11,163 bases of DNA from UHGV virus genome UHGV-1347585. One strand, 5' to 3'. Source of the stretch: a virus. Every line of letters starts with the position of its first letter. The stretch's first letter is position 1. Below the pieces are notes generated by a model. That model made no database searches, had not been told where the DNA came from, and was given only the letters and a program-made list of their open reading frames with translations. Both the position numbers and the translations under genes were made by a program. Positions 1 to 7,603 of this stretch are shown in pieces.

Positions 1-72
1 AAGCCGATTGAATATTGAGCAGTAGAAAATATCTGGATTGACAGTATTACAAGGGATTGGAGAACGTCAGAA

Positions 73-102
73 GAGGTATTTTGGCGGAAGATCACAGGAG
101 TC
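73..102. repeat. Distal att direct repeat; contains a duplicated 21-nt selC 3' end fragment
   Basis: gaggtattttggcggaagatcacaggagtc at 73..102 matches 11101..11130 at 29 of 30 positions. Bases 82..102 are the reverse complement of the tRNA-Sec 3' end (gactcctgtgatcttccgcca). Confidence 0.85.
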
Positions 103-230
103 AAAATTGCCATATAACCACTTGATTCAAATCGTTTATATTTTTCTATTCTAATTCATTTATACACTTCCTTATACATATAATATCTATCGATTAATTG
201 TTACACGTATCTTCACGCACGTTAACTCAG

Positions 231-532
231 GAAAAAAATTTTTTTTCGGAAGAACTGTTCACACTGTTCACCTTTCTGTTTTTTCCTTTTATTTCAGTTG
301 GATAGGTGGTGAATAATGGGTGAAGGGTGAACATTCGATTCTTCACCTCCGGCATTCTGCCGGTGTGACTTGTGCAGGGGATTAATCCTCCGCACTGAAA
401 TCACACCGGAAGAAAAAAGTTTTTTTTGATTTGATTGTTCACACTGTTCACCTTTCGTTTTTCTCTTTTAATTTCAGTGTGATAACGGGTGAACATACGG
501 TGAAGGGTGAACAGTGGATTGTTCACCTTCGG
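231..532. repeat. crr-like cis replication region: two ~120-bp direct repeats carrying TGTTCACC-type iterons
   Basis: Units at about 231..352 and 409..532 are near-identical with a 180-bp period (tgttcacactgttcacctttc at 256..276 and 436..456). Each holds several GGTGAACA/TGTTCACC octamers in both orientations. The position just downstream of alpha matches P4 crr. Confidence 0.8.
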
Positions 533-544
533 GGGATTCAGGGA

Positions 545-570
545 TAAAAAAAGACCGGCAGATGCCGGTC
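545..570 (-). terminator. Rho-independent terminator downstream of alpha
   Basis: Inverted repeat gaccggc/gccggtc (553..559 and 564..570) with a 4-nt loop. On the minus strand it is followed by a run of U (plus-strand A run at 545..552). It lies 17 bp past the alpha stop codon. Confidence 0.65.
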
Positions 571-586
571 AGATGAGTCATGAGGG

Positions 587-2920
587 TCAGACTGTTGCAG
601 GGTCGTCACATTTTGGCAGCCAGTCGCCGTAGCTTTCCTCTTTCAGCGTCAGGTTGGTCTGTATCCCCTGTTTGGTATGGCGCTTCTCGTAATTCAGTCC
701 GTATTCCTTCAGCATCACCGGCAGCCCCAGCCCGAACATTTTCAGACTGAGTACGTTCCGGTAGCCGTTTGCCTCCATGTAGGCCAGATAGGCGTGATAG
801 AGGTATTTACGGTAATTACGCGGGATGATACTGGCGTTCCCCATATACATGCCGCTGGTCTGCGGCAGGGTTTCCAGATAGCCGATAAAATCAAACGTCG
901 GGTCGGCATCCCGTTTGATGTTCAGCGCCTCGTCTGAGTTCTGCTGGGACTGAAGCAGTGACCGGGCGAGCATCGGGTCGCTGAACTTCTGCATCAGGTG
1001 ACGCACGATGACCGCCAGCTCGCGGGTGATTTTGTCCTTAAGCTGCGGGTCGCGCTCCTGCGGGGCTATCTGTTCCGGGAAGTGAATAATCACCCGCCGG
1101 CGTGACACGCCGCCGCTGCGGTCGGTGAAGCGCATCGGGTTATTGTTCACGGCCAGAATCACCGCCGGGATGTGCGTGGAGTACGCATCCCGGTATTTCG
1201 GGTCAACGGACACCGCATCGCCGCCGGTGATGGCCTTGAGTCCGGCTCCGTCGCCGCTCCATTTTTCCTGGTCCGGCAGGCGTATCAGTGAGAAGCCAGT
1301 TAACGCGGCACGTTCACGCGGGGATTCCAGCGTCTCAATGGTGGCCGATGTGGCGTTATCCTCCCCGGCCAGCAGGGTGGCTATTTCGGCCATGATACTT
1401 TTGCCGCTGCCGCCGGGACCGGTCACCTCCAGAAAGAGCTGCCAGTCGTAGCGGTTTGCCAGCACCATAAACAGTGCGGCCAGAATCACGTCGCGTTTTT
1501 CCGCACGGCCACCGGCGGCACGGTCAAGCCAGCGCCAGAACGCGGGGGCGTGGGTTTCCAGCGTTTCCCCTTCCACCGGCGGGGTGAAATCCACATCGCA
1601 CAGGGTGCGCATCCAGTGTGACGGACTGTGCGGGTGGAACGTGCCGTTCTGCGTGTCGAGCACGCCGTTACGAAAGCCAATCAGGCGGCGGGAGGGGGCT
1701 TCCTGCTGCGGAATAATCAGCTTCAGGGTGTCCACCACGGAGGCCACCTTCCCGGAGGAGAACGGCGCGCGCAGACGCTGAAACAGCCCGGCCACATCCC
1801 GGGCAAAGTCCTGTGGCGGCAGCACCTTCCAGACACCATTTTCATAGCGGGACAGAAGCTGGCCGTTGGCATCGACCGCGAGCGCCTCGCCGTAATGCTC
1901 ATAGATACGCATGGCCTTTTCGCTGGTACTCATGGCGGAAAACTCCGCTTCGCTCATGGTGTCGAACGGGCTTTCAGCCGGTGGCCGGATGGCATCATAA
2001 ATGGCCTTACGGGTGGCTTCCCCGCCGTACTGCGTGAAGGCATCATTCCAGTCACCGAAGACCGGCGGCAGGGCAACAACACCTTCACACGCATCTGCGG
2101 CTGCGGCGGCTTTTTTCTGGCCGTCACCGCTGAGGTCACGGTCAGCAGCAAGGACAATCTGACAGGCCGGATGCTTCTGCCGGGCAAGGCTGGCCAGAGA
2201 AAGGAGGTTCACGGAAGAAAGCGCCACCATCACCGTTTCACCGGTCAGGTGATGTACGGTAAGTGCGGTCGCGTATCCCTCCGCTATCCACAGACGTTTT
2301 CCGGCCTGATTCTGTCCTTCAAGGATGTGACAGGTGCCCCTGACCTGTCCGCCTTTCAGGGTGCGCTTACGGCCGTCAGCACTGATTAACTGAAGGTTAA
2401 CCAGTTCGCCGCTGTCGTCATACAGTGGCACCACAAGGTCACCGGCACGCCAGCTCACGCCACCGGCTCTGTGTGTGCCGGTCAGCATCCGGCATTCCCG
2501 GCCGGGAAAGCCCTTGCGGGTCAGGTAGGCGTTACCGGTTCCGGGACGGGTTTTCGCCATCAGGGTTTGTGCCAGTGCGGCGGCGTTCTTCCGGGCGGCT
2601 TCTGTTTCAGCACCGGCGGCGGCCGTCACTGCCGGGTCAGCCGGGGGCAGGCAGCCGGTCACGGCAGCCACCTTTGCGGCCGCGTCGGACGGGGAAACAC
2701 CAAACACCTTTTCAACCAGTTTCAGGCCGTCACCGGCACCACACTGATTGCAGTACCAGGTGCCGCGCCCCTCCCTGTCATCAAAACGGAAGCGGTCACT
2801 TCCGCCACAGACCGGACAGGGCTGATGACGGTTTTTCAGCACCTGAATCCCCAGCGCCGGGAGAATACGCGGCCAGTGGCCGAGCGCATGGCTGACGGTG
2901 GCGGTTACGTTCATTTTCAT
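587..2920 (-). CDS. alpha: P4 alpha-type bifunctional primase-helicase (zinc-finger primase, TOPRIM, SF3-type helicase)
   Basis: 777-aa ORF, the length I recall for P4 alpha. N-terminal CPVCGG...YCNQCG zinc-binding motif, TOPRIM-like WIAEGYATA, Walker A GPGGSGKS. AAGGAG Shine-Dalgarno 9 nt upstream of the ATG at 2920. Iteron regions (crr, ori) are present in cis. Confidence 0.93.
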   Translation of the reverse strand: MKMNVTATVSHALGHWPRILPALGIQVLKNRHQPCPVCGGSDRFRFDDREGRGTWYCNQCGAGDGLKLVEKVFGVSPSDAAAKVAAVTGCLPPADPAVTAAAGAETEAARKNAAALAQTLMAKTRPGTGNAYLTRKGFPGRECRMLTGTHRAGGVSWRAGDLVVPLYDDSGELVNLQLISADGRKRTLKGGQVRGTCHILEGQNQAGKRLWIAEGYATALTVHHLTGETVMVALSSVNLLSLASLARQKHPACQIVLAADRDLSGDGQKKAAAAADACEGVVALPPVFGDWNDAFTQYGGEATRKAIYDAIRPPAESPFDTMSEAEFSAMSTSEKAMRIYEHYGEALAVDANGQLLSRYENGVWKVLPPQDFARDVAGLFQRLRAPFSSGKVASVVDTLKLIIPQQEAPSRRLIGFRNGVLDTQNGTFHPHSPSHWMRTLCDVDFTPPVEGETLETHAPAFWRWLDRAAGGRAEKRDVILAALFMVLANRYDWQLFLEVTGPGGSGKSIMAEIATLLAGEDNATSATIETLESPRERAALTGFSLIRLPDQEKWSGDGAGLKAITGGDAVSVDPKYRDAYSTHIPAVILAVNNNPMRFTDRSGGVSRRRVIIHFPEQIAPQERDPQLKDKITRELAVIVRHLMQKFSDPMLARSLLQSQQNSDEALNIKRDADPTFDFIGYLETLPQTSGMYMGNASIIPRNYRKYLYHAYLAYMEANGYRNVLSLKMFGLGLPVMLKEYGLNYEKRHTKQGIQTNLTLKEESYGDWLPKCDDPATV

Positions 2921-2934
2921 GGTGTTGTTCTCCT

Positions 2935-3255
2935 TCAGTGCAGTACCGGCGCTTTTATGTGACGGGCACAGAGTTCATCCATCACAACCAGCCCGAGAAA
3001 GGACAGCGACGGCGCGGCCTTCAGGGGGCCGGATTCCATTAAATCTTCCAGCAGGGCACAGGCTATCTGACGCCCTTTTTCCTCACCGTGCTGGCGCAGA
3101 TAAAAGCCCTCCAGCTCAGCGGCGATGGCCGCCTCCAGTGATTCAAGGGTGAGATGCGGGTAGCGGTGCTGACGTTCGCACACGGTCAGCCAGGCACAGG
3201 CGACAGCGCGACGGTAAAGGGCTGCGCGTAAGACGGGCGGTAAGGGTGTTTTCAT
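2935..3255 (-). CDS. Hypothetical protein, 106 aa, in the P4 left operon between orf151 and alpha
   Basis: ORF with a GGAGG Shine-Dalgarno 7 nt upstream of the ATG at 3255. Sits immediately upstream of alpha in the same orientation. No recognisable motif. Confidence 0.6.
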
Positions 3256-3390
3256 TTGCTTTCCTCCCTGTGACAGATGACTGCATTCCGTGCCGGTTGC
3301 ATTAACTGATAAGGCATATCTGCGTCTCCTGAAGACGTGCGTATCCCTGCGCGAATACGCACATTTAATTTTTCGGGTGTCGTTTTTTAA

Positions 3391-3846
3391 TTACAGATAA
3401 TTGCGGTAACTGTTATCCGGGGTGGTTTCCGGGTCAGGCTCCGTGCGGGGAATTTCCCGCCATTCCCGCGCCACCGGTGCCGCCCGGCTGACCGGAACAG
3501 GGTCCTGCGGGTAAATATCCAGATATTTCTCCCGCCATTTCTGTAATTCCGGGTCTCCGGCCATTTCTTTCAGTACCGCATGCCGGTTTACGGGGCTGCG
3601 TTTGAACAGGTCAGGACGGTCACAGGTAAATTCCCGCAGAAAACGCCCCAGCGGGATGTCTGTGGTGCGCCCGTCGGCGAGGATACGCACAAGGATACTG
3701 AATTTACGGCGGTACGGGTTCCAGACAATTTCCGGGCAGCGGTACGGCATTTCCCACGGAATACCGTCTTCCAGAATGCCGACCACGGCCACATCGGGAA
3801 AACCGGCAGAACGGTAAATCTCACCGGGCTGGGGAAAATCAAACAT
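3391..3846 (-). CDS. P4 orf151-like protein of unknown function
   Basis: 151-aa ORF at the position of P4 orf151 in the left operon. Its ATG overlaps the stop of the upstream ORF (ATGTTTGA), suggesting translational coupling. Confidence 0.7.
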   Translation of the reverse strand: MFDFPQPGEIYRSAGFPDVAVVGILEDGIPWEMPYRCPEIVWNPYRRKFSILVRILADGRTTDIPLGRFLREFTCDRPDLFKRSPVNRHAVLKEMAGDPELQKWREKYLDIYPQDPVPVSRAAPVAREWREIPRTEPDPETTPDNSYRNYL

Positions 3847-4126
3847 GCGTCCTGTCTCCCCGGTCTTTCTGCTGGGCGAGAAAATCGCGGCACAGGCCTT
3901 TGGCTTTCAGCTCATTCAGCACAAAATCAATATCTTCATTCAGGTAGCTGAAAATATGCGGAATATAGAGCTGATGCAGGCCGGAGAGTTCACGGTGAAT
4001 CAAATCACCCCCAACAAACTGGGATACGGCGCTGGCGCGGTTGAGCTTATGGTAAGCCTCAATGCTGAGGTGTTCACGGGCGTCATGACGCGCTGAGACG
4101 GTCTGAGGGGCTTTTTTATTACGCAC
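3839..4126 (-). CDS. Small protein, 95 aa, at the position of P4 epsilon (helper derepression); GTG start
   Basis: The in-frame part of the 177-aa ORF has no internal ATG, but a GTG at 4126 sits 6 nt after a GGAGG Shine-Dalgarno (4133..4137). The 95-aa product is immediately upstream of and coupled to orf151. The epsilon assignment is by position only. Confidence 0.5.
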   Translation of the reverse strand: MRNKKAPQTVSARHDAREHLSIEAYHKLNRASAVSQFVGGDLIHRELSGLHQLYIPHIFSYLNEDIDFVLNELKAKGLCRDFLAQQKDRGDRTHV

Positions 4127-4316
4127 GGGACACCTCCACAACCGGCAGACGGGCAGCAAGGGAGAGCACATAGTCACGGACAAGGGAACGGCGGGCGCTG
4201 CGTTCATCACCGGCGACGGTGCGAAGCATACAGATACGGGGATGACGGTCTGCGCGACGGACAGCCGCAAACACAAAGACAAATTCAGGGTGTGAGGGGG
4301 TAAGGGTTGTAGCCAT
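4119..4316 (-). CDS. Small hypothetical protein, 65 aa, immunity-region ORF with RBS embedded in the seqC-like element
   Basis: ATG at 4316 preceded by a strong AAGGAGG Shine-Dalgarno (4325..4331) with 8-nt spacing. It is the C-terminal portion of the 199-aa track ORF. Function unknown. Confidence 0.45.
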   Translation of the reverse strand: MATTLTPSHPEFVFVFAAVRRADRHPRICMLRTVAGDERSARRSLVRDYVLSLAARLPVVEVSRA

Positions 4317-4373
4317 GATGGCAGCCTCCTTGAAGTAACAGTTACAGCTACCACTAGAGTTCCTACGCTCATG

Positions 4374-4452
4374 GGTGGTAGCCCGGACGGGGGTAGGAAT
4401 ACCGGCCTTCAAGGAAACCGGCCAGCCCGAAGGCTGCCCCGCCCGGACCACC
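4374..4452 (-). ncRNA. Candidate P4 CI-like immunity RNA containing the seqB-like element
   Basis: Minus-strand transcript with 5' GGUGGU and 3' ACCACC able to form a closing stem. Contains a cagcc-UUCG-ggctg tetraloop hairpin and a seqB-like segment (plus 4393..4414) complementary to the repeated elements at 4328..4368 (seqC-like) and 4548..4576 (seqA-like). Boundaries are approximate. Confidence 0.4.
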
Positions 4453-4604
4453 ATTATCTGACAGAGGCTACGGTTTAAAAACCACAGCCAGAAAAACAGG
4501 TGTGCCGAAGCAACGACGTAAAAAAAGACGCATGGCGCGTCATATGTCGCCTTGAAGTAACTCGGGTTCCTACGCCCGGCTGCCGATTTTGCGGCAGCGG
4601 AAAA

Positions 4605-4634
4605 ACTATATCCGCAAATGCCGGAAAAAGGCAA
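4605..4634 (-). promoter_or_regulatory. Candidate sigma70 promoter (P_LE-like) driving the immunity/left operon
   Basis: Minus-strand TTGCCT (4634..4629), 18-nt spacer, TATAGT (4610..4605). Located between vis and the seqA-like element. Confidence 0.45.
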
Positions 4635-4669
4635 GCCAGAAAAAGGGAGTTTTTGCAGAGCGGGCATCA

Positions 4670-4936
4670 TCATGCGTCGTACCCCCGTTTGCGTACGGCA
4701 ATGCGCCCGGCCATCCATGCGGTGACTTCAGAGTGCAGCCAGGCCACATTTTTACCGCCAAGACTCACCTGCGGCGGAAATTCCCCCTTACGGATAAGTT
4801 CATAGATGGTCGAGCGTGACAGGCCGCACAGGTGCATCACTTCCGGCAGACGTAAAAAACGCTCCTGCGTGATGTCCGGCAGCGGCATCAGTGGCGTCAC
4901 AGGGGCGGGAGACGGGGAAGAAAAAACAGCTTGCAT
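4670..4936 (-). CDS. vis: AlpA/Vis-family small DNA-binding regulator/excisionase
   Basis: 88-aa ORF with an AlpA-type helix-turn-helix core (FLRLPEV...[17 protein letters not shown]...W). GAGG Shine-Dalgarno 7 nt upstream of the ATG. Position downstream of the leftward late promoter matches P4 vis (orf88). Confidence 0.75.
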   Translation of the reverse strand: MQAVFSSPSPAPVTPLMPLPDITQERFLRLPEVMHLCGLSRSTIYELIRKGEFPPQVSLGGKNVAWLHSEVTAWMAGRIAVRKRGYDA

Positions 4937-5058
4937 CGGGCTACCTCGTTAATGTCCATACAGCACCGGATAAGTCCGTCCGGCTTCGGGTAGCGCTTTA
5001 TTTTGTGAATATTTTTGGCAGACGCAACAGGGGGAATTTGTTCCGGCAACCTTACAAT

Positions 5059-5076
5059 GGCTGTGTGTTTTTTATC
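5059..5076. promoter_or_regulatory. TGT-N12-ACA dyad: Delta/Ogr activator box of the leftward late promoter (PLL-like)
   Basis: tgttccggcaaccttaca is an exact TGT-N12-ACA element about 120 bp upstream of the vis start (which is on the minus strand). Confidence 0.55.
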
Positions 5077-5099
5077 CATCCGGACTGGAAGGGTCTCAA

Positions 5100-5320
5100 A
5101 GGGTTCTGAAGGACCTGGAATTTTTTATAGTGAAATGCAAATTATTTTTTCTTATTTATTTCAGTTAATTAATAAAAATAAACAGTAATAAACAGCATAA
5201 AAAGCCCATCAACGGGTGAACAGTGGTGAACAGACGGTGAACAGTCATTACTGCGATTGTTCACCCTTTAACTTACTGTATTACTTATCTTTTTTATTAA
5301 GGTGAACAGAGGTGAACAGT
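5100..5320. repeat. ori-like region: AT-rich tract followed by a cluster of GGTGAACA iterons
   Basis: 5100..5210 is strongly AT-rich. 5214..5320 holds five direct GGTGAACAG copies (three tandem, then two) plus an inverted TGTTCACC. The same octamer occurs in the crr-like repeats about 4.7 kb away. Confidence 0.75.
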
Positions 5321-5398
5321 AAAATATAAAAAAAACAAACAGTAAGCCGGTTTTTCCTGCGACCTTTTCCTGGCTTGCCGGTCTGAGGATGAGTCTCC

Positions 5399-5416
5399 TG
5401 TGTCAGGGCTGGCACA
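5399..5416. promoter_or_regulatory. TGT-N12-ACA dyad: Delta/Ogr activator box of the sid promoter (Psid-like)
   Basis: tgtgtcagggctggcaca is an exact TGT-N12-ACA element about 80 bp upstream of the sid ATG, with a weak -10-like cacaat at 5451..5456. Confidence 0.6.
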
Positions 5417-5488
5417 TCTGCAATGCGTCGTGTTGTTGTCCGGTGTACGTCACAATTTTCTTAACCTGAAGTGACGAGGAGCCGGAAA

Positions 5489-6223
5489 ATGTCTGACAAC
5501 ACCATCCCTGAATATCTGCAACCCGCGCTGGCACAACTGGAAAAGGCCAGAGCCGCCCATCTTGAGAACGCCCGCCTGATGGATGAGACCGTCACGGCCA
5601 TTGAACGGGCAGAGCAGGAAAAAAATGCGCTGGCGCAGGCCGACGGAAACGACGCTGACGACTGGCGCACGGCCTTTCGTGCAGCCGGTGGTGTCCTGAG
5701 CGACGAGCTGAAACAGCGCCACATTGAGCGCGTGGCACGCCGGGAGCTGGTACAGGAATATGACAATCTGGCCGTGGTGCTGAATTTCGAACGTGAACGC
5801 CTGAAAGGGACGTGTGACAGCACGGCCACCGCCTACCGGAAGGCACATCATCACCTGCTGAGTCTGTATGCAGAGCATGAGCTGGAACACGCCCTGAATG
5901 AAACCTGTGAGGCGCTTGTCCGGGCAATGCATCTGAGCATCCTGGTACAGGAAAATCCGCTCGCCAACACCACCGGCCATCAGGGCTACGTCGCGCCGGA
6001 AAAGGCTGTCATGCAGCAGGTGAAATCATCGCTGGAACAGAAAATAAAACAGATGCAAATCAGCCTCACCGGCGAGCCGGTTATCCGGCTGACCGGACTG
6101 TCAGCGGCAACACTCCCGCACATGGATTATGAGGTGGCAGGCACACCGGCACAGCGCAAGGTGTGGCAGGACAAAATAGACCAGCAGGGAGCAGAGCTTA
6201 AGGCCAGAGGACTGCTGTCATGA
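5489..6223 (+). CDS. sid: Sid-like external scaffold / capsid size determination protein
   Basis: The track ORF starts at an upstream GTG (5471). The ATG at 5489 has a GAGGAG Shine-Dalgarno 7 nt upstream and gives 244 aa, the length I recall for P4 Sid. First gene of a sid-delta-psu operon; its stop overlaps the delta start (ATGA). Confidence 0.8.
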   Translation: MSDNTIPEYLQPALAQLEKARAAHLENARLMDETVTAIERAEQEKNALAQADGNDADDWRTAFRAAGGVLSDELKQRHIERVARRELVQEYDNLAVVLNFERERLKGTCDSTATAYRKAHHHLLSLYAEHELEHALNETCEALVRAMHLSILVQENPLANTTGHQGYVAPEKAVMQQVKSSLEQKIKQMQISLTGEPVIRLTGLSAATLPHMDYEVAGTPAQRKVWQDKIDQQGAELKARGLLS

Positions 6224-6720
6224 TTTACTGCCCGTCGTGTGGACATGTTGCTCACACCCGTCGCGCACATTTCATGGACGATGGCACCAAGATAATGATT
6301 GCACAGTGCCGGAATATTTATTGCTCTGCGACATTTGAAGCGAGTGAAAGCTTTTTCTCTGACTGTAAAGATTCAGGAATGGAATACATTTCAGGCAAAC
6401 AGAGATACCGCGATTCACTGACGTCAGCCTCCGGCAGTATGAAACGCCAGAAAAGAATGCTTGTTACCGGATATTGTTGTCGGAGATGTAAAGGCCTTGC
6501 ACTGTCAAGAACATCGCGGCGTCTGTCTCAGGAAGTCACCGAGCGTTTTTATGTGTGCACGGATCCGGGCTGTGGTCTGGTGTTTAAAACGCTTCAGACC
6601 ATCAACCGCTTCATTGTCCGCCCGGTCACGCCGGACGAACTGGCAGAAAGCCTGCATGAAAAACAGGAACTGCCGCCAGTACGGTTAAAAACACAATCAT
6701 ATTCGCTGCGTCTGGAATGA
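6220..6720 (+). CDS. delta: Delta-like late transcription activator: tandem Ogr-type zinc-finger domains
   Basis: 166 aa. The N-terminus MIYCPSCGHVAHTRR...CRNIYCSATF is a clear Ogr-family C4 zinc-finger signature. A second copy of the motif (YCCRRCKG...CTDPGCGLVF) matches the duplicated-Ogr architecture of P4 Delta. Confidence 0.9.
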   Translation: MIYCPSCGHVAHTRRAHFMDDGTKIMIAQCRNIYCSATFEASESFFSDCKDSGMEYISGKQRYRDSLTSASGSMKRQKRMLVTGYCCRRCKGLALSRTSRRLSQEVTERFYVCTDPGCGLVFKTLQTINRFIVRPVTPDELAESLHEKQELPPVRLKTQSYSLRLE

Positions 6721-6793
6721 GGGCTGCCGGTTAACCCCGGCCGTCGCCGCACACCGTATTTTTATTCTTCAGCATGATGAGAAAGAGATAACG

Positions 6794-7366
6794 ATGGAAA
6801 GCACAGCCTTACAGCAGGCCTTTGACACCTGTCAGAATAACAAAGCAGCATGGCTGCAACGCAAAAATGAGCTGGCAGCGGCCGAACAGGAATATCTGCG
6901 GCTTCTGTCAGGAGAAGGCAGAAACGTCAGCCGCCTGGACGAATTACGCAATATTATCGAAGTCAGAAAATGGCAGGTGAATCAGGCCGCCGGTCGTTAT
7001 ATTCGTTCGCATGAAGCCGTTCAGCACATCAGCATCCGCGACCGGCTGAATGATTTTATGCAGCAGCACGGCACAGCACTGGCGGCGGCACTGGCACCGG
7101 AGCTGATGGGCTACAGTGAGCTGACGGCCATTGCCCGAAACTGTGCCATACAGCGTGCCACAGATGCCCTGCGTGAAGCCCTTCTGTCCTGGCTTGCGAA
7201 GGGGGAAAAAATTAATTATTCCGCACAGGATAGCGACATTTTAACGACCATCGGATTCAGGCCTGACGCGGCTTCGATGGATGACAGCCGTGAAAAATTC
7301 ACCCCTGCGCAGAACATGATTTTTTCGCGTAAAAGTGCGCAACTGGCATCACATCAGTCTGTGTAA
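6794..7366 (+). CDS. psu: Psu-like polarity suppression / capsid decoration protein
   Basis: 190-aa ORF, the length I recall for P4 Psu, directly downstream of delta and followed by a terminator. Assignment is by length and synteny. Confidence 0.75.
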   Translation: MESTALQQAFDTCQNNKAAWLQRKNELAAAEQEYLRLLSGEGRNVSRLDELRNIIEVRKWQVNQAAGRYIRSHEAVQHISIRDRLNDFMQQHGTALAAALAPELMGYSELTAIARNCAIQRATDALREALLSWLAKGEKINYSAQDSDILTTIGFRPDAASMDDSREKFTPAQNMIFSRKSAQLASHQSV

Positions 7367-7402
7367 AACTCCCCGAAAATCCGCCCGTTTTTACTGAAAA
7401 AA

Positions 7403-7430
7403 GCCATGCATCGATAAGGTGCATGGCTTT
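7403..7430 (+). terminator. Rho-independent terminator ending the sid-delta-psu operon
   Basis: Stem gccatgca/tgcatggc (7403..7410 and 7420..7427) with a 9-nt loop, followed by ttt and a further T-rich stretch. Confidence 0.6.
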
Positions 7431-7603
7431 GCATGCGTTTTCCTGCCTCATTTTCTGCAAACCGCGCCATTCCCGGCGCGGCCTGAGCGTGTCAGTGAAA
7501 CTGCATTAAAACCGCCCCGCAAAGCGGGCGGGCGTGGCGGGGAGAGCATTGCGCGCAAGCTGGGTAATTTTAGTTTCGTACATTTCTTGGTGGCAGGTAT
7601 ACT

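Noticed and set aside
1-72. Left flank outside the att repeat
   Set aside because: Too short to interpret; presumed host chromosome on the far side of the insertion. No feature can be supported.
231-532. Possible CRISPR array suggested by the repeated units
   Set aside because: The repeats are 120-bp units with internal octamer iterons in both orientations, not short uniform repeats separated by unique spacers. No cas genes are present, and the arrangement matches a replication crr/ori region.
677-2962. Plus-strand ORFs (86, 108, 65, 253, 74, 156 and 163 aa) and minus-strand ORFs in other frames (64 and 77 aa), all lying within the alpha gene
   Set aside because: All lie inside the strongly supported 777-aa alpha coding region, antisense or out of frame, with arginine/proline-rich low-complexity translations typical of spurious ORFs in GC-rich DNA.
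3580-4096. ORFs of 123, 101, 71 and 83 aa overlapping orf151 and the epsilon-position gene
   Set aside because: They overlap better-supported genes on the opposite strand or in other frames and have no ribosome-binding site or motif support.
3839-4372. 177-aa version of the ORF upstream of orf151
   Set aside because: The N-terminal extension has no ribosome-binding site and would overlap the 65-aa ORF and the seqC-like element. The GTG at 4126 with a GGAGG Shine-Dalgarno gives a more plausible 95-aa protein.
4119-4718. 199-aa ORF spanning the immunity region
   Set aside because: It would run through the candidate promoter, the seqA/seqB/seqC elements and the structured RNA, and overlaps the vis 3' end. 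Only the C-terminal 65 codons with a strong Shine-Dalgarno are retained.
5450-5980. Minus-strand ORFs of 176, 122 and 111 aa opposite sid
   Set aside because: Antisense to the sid gene and running into the promoter region; translations are low-complexity.
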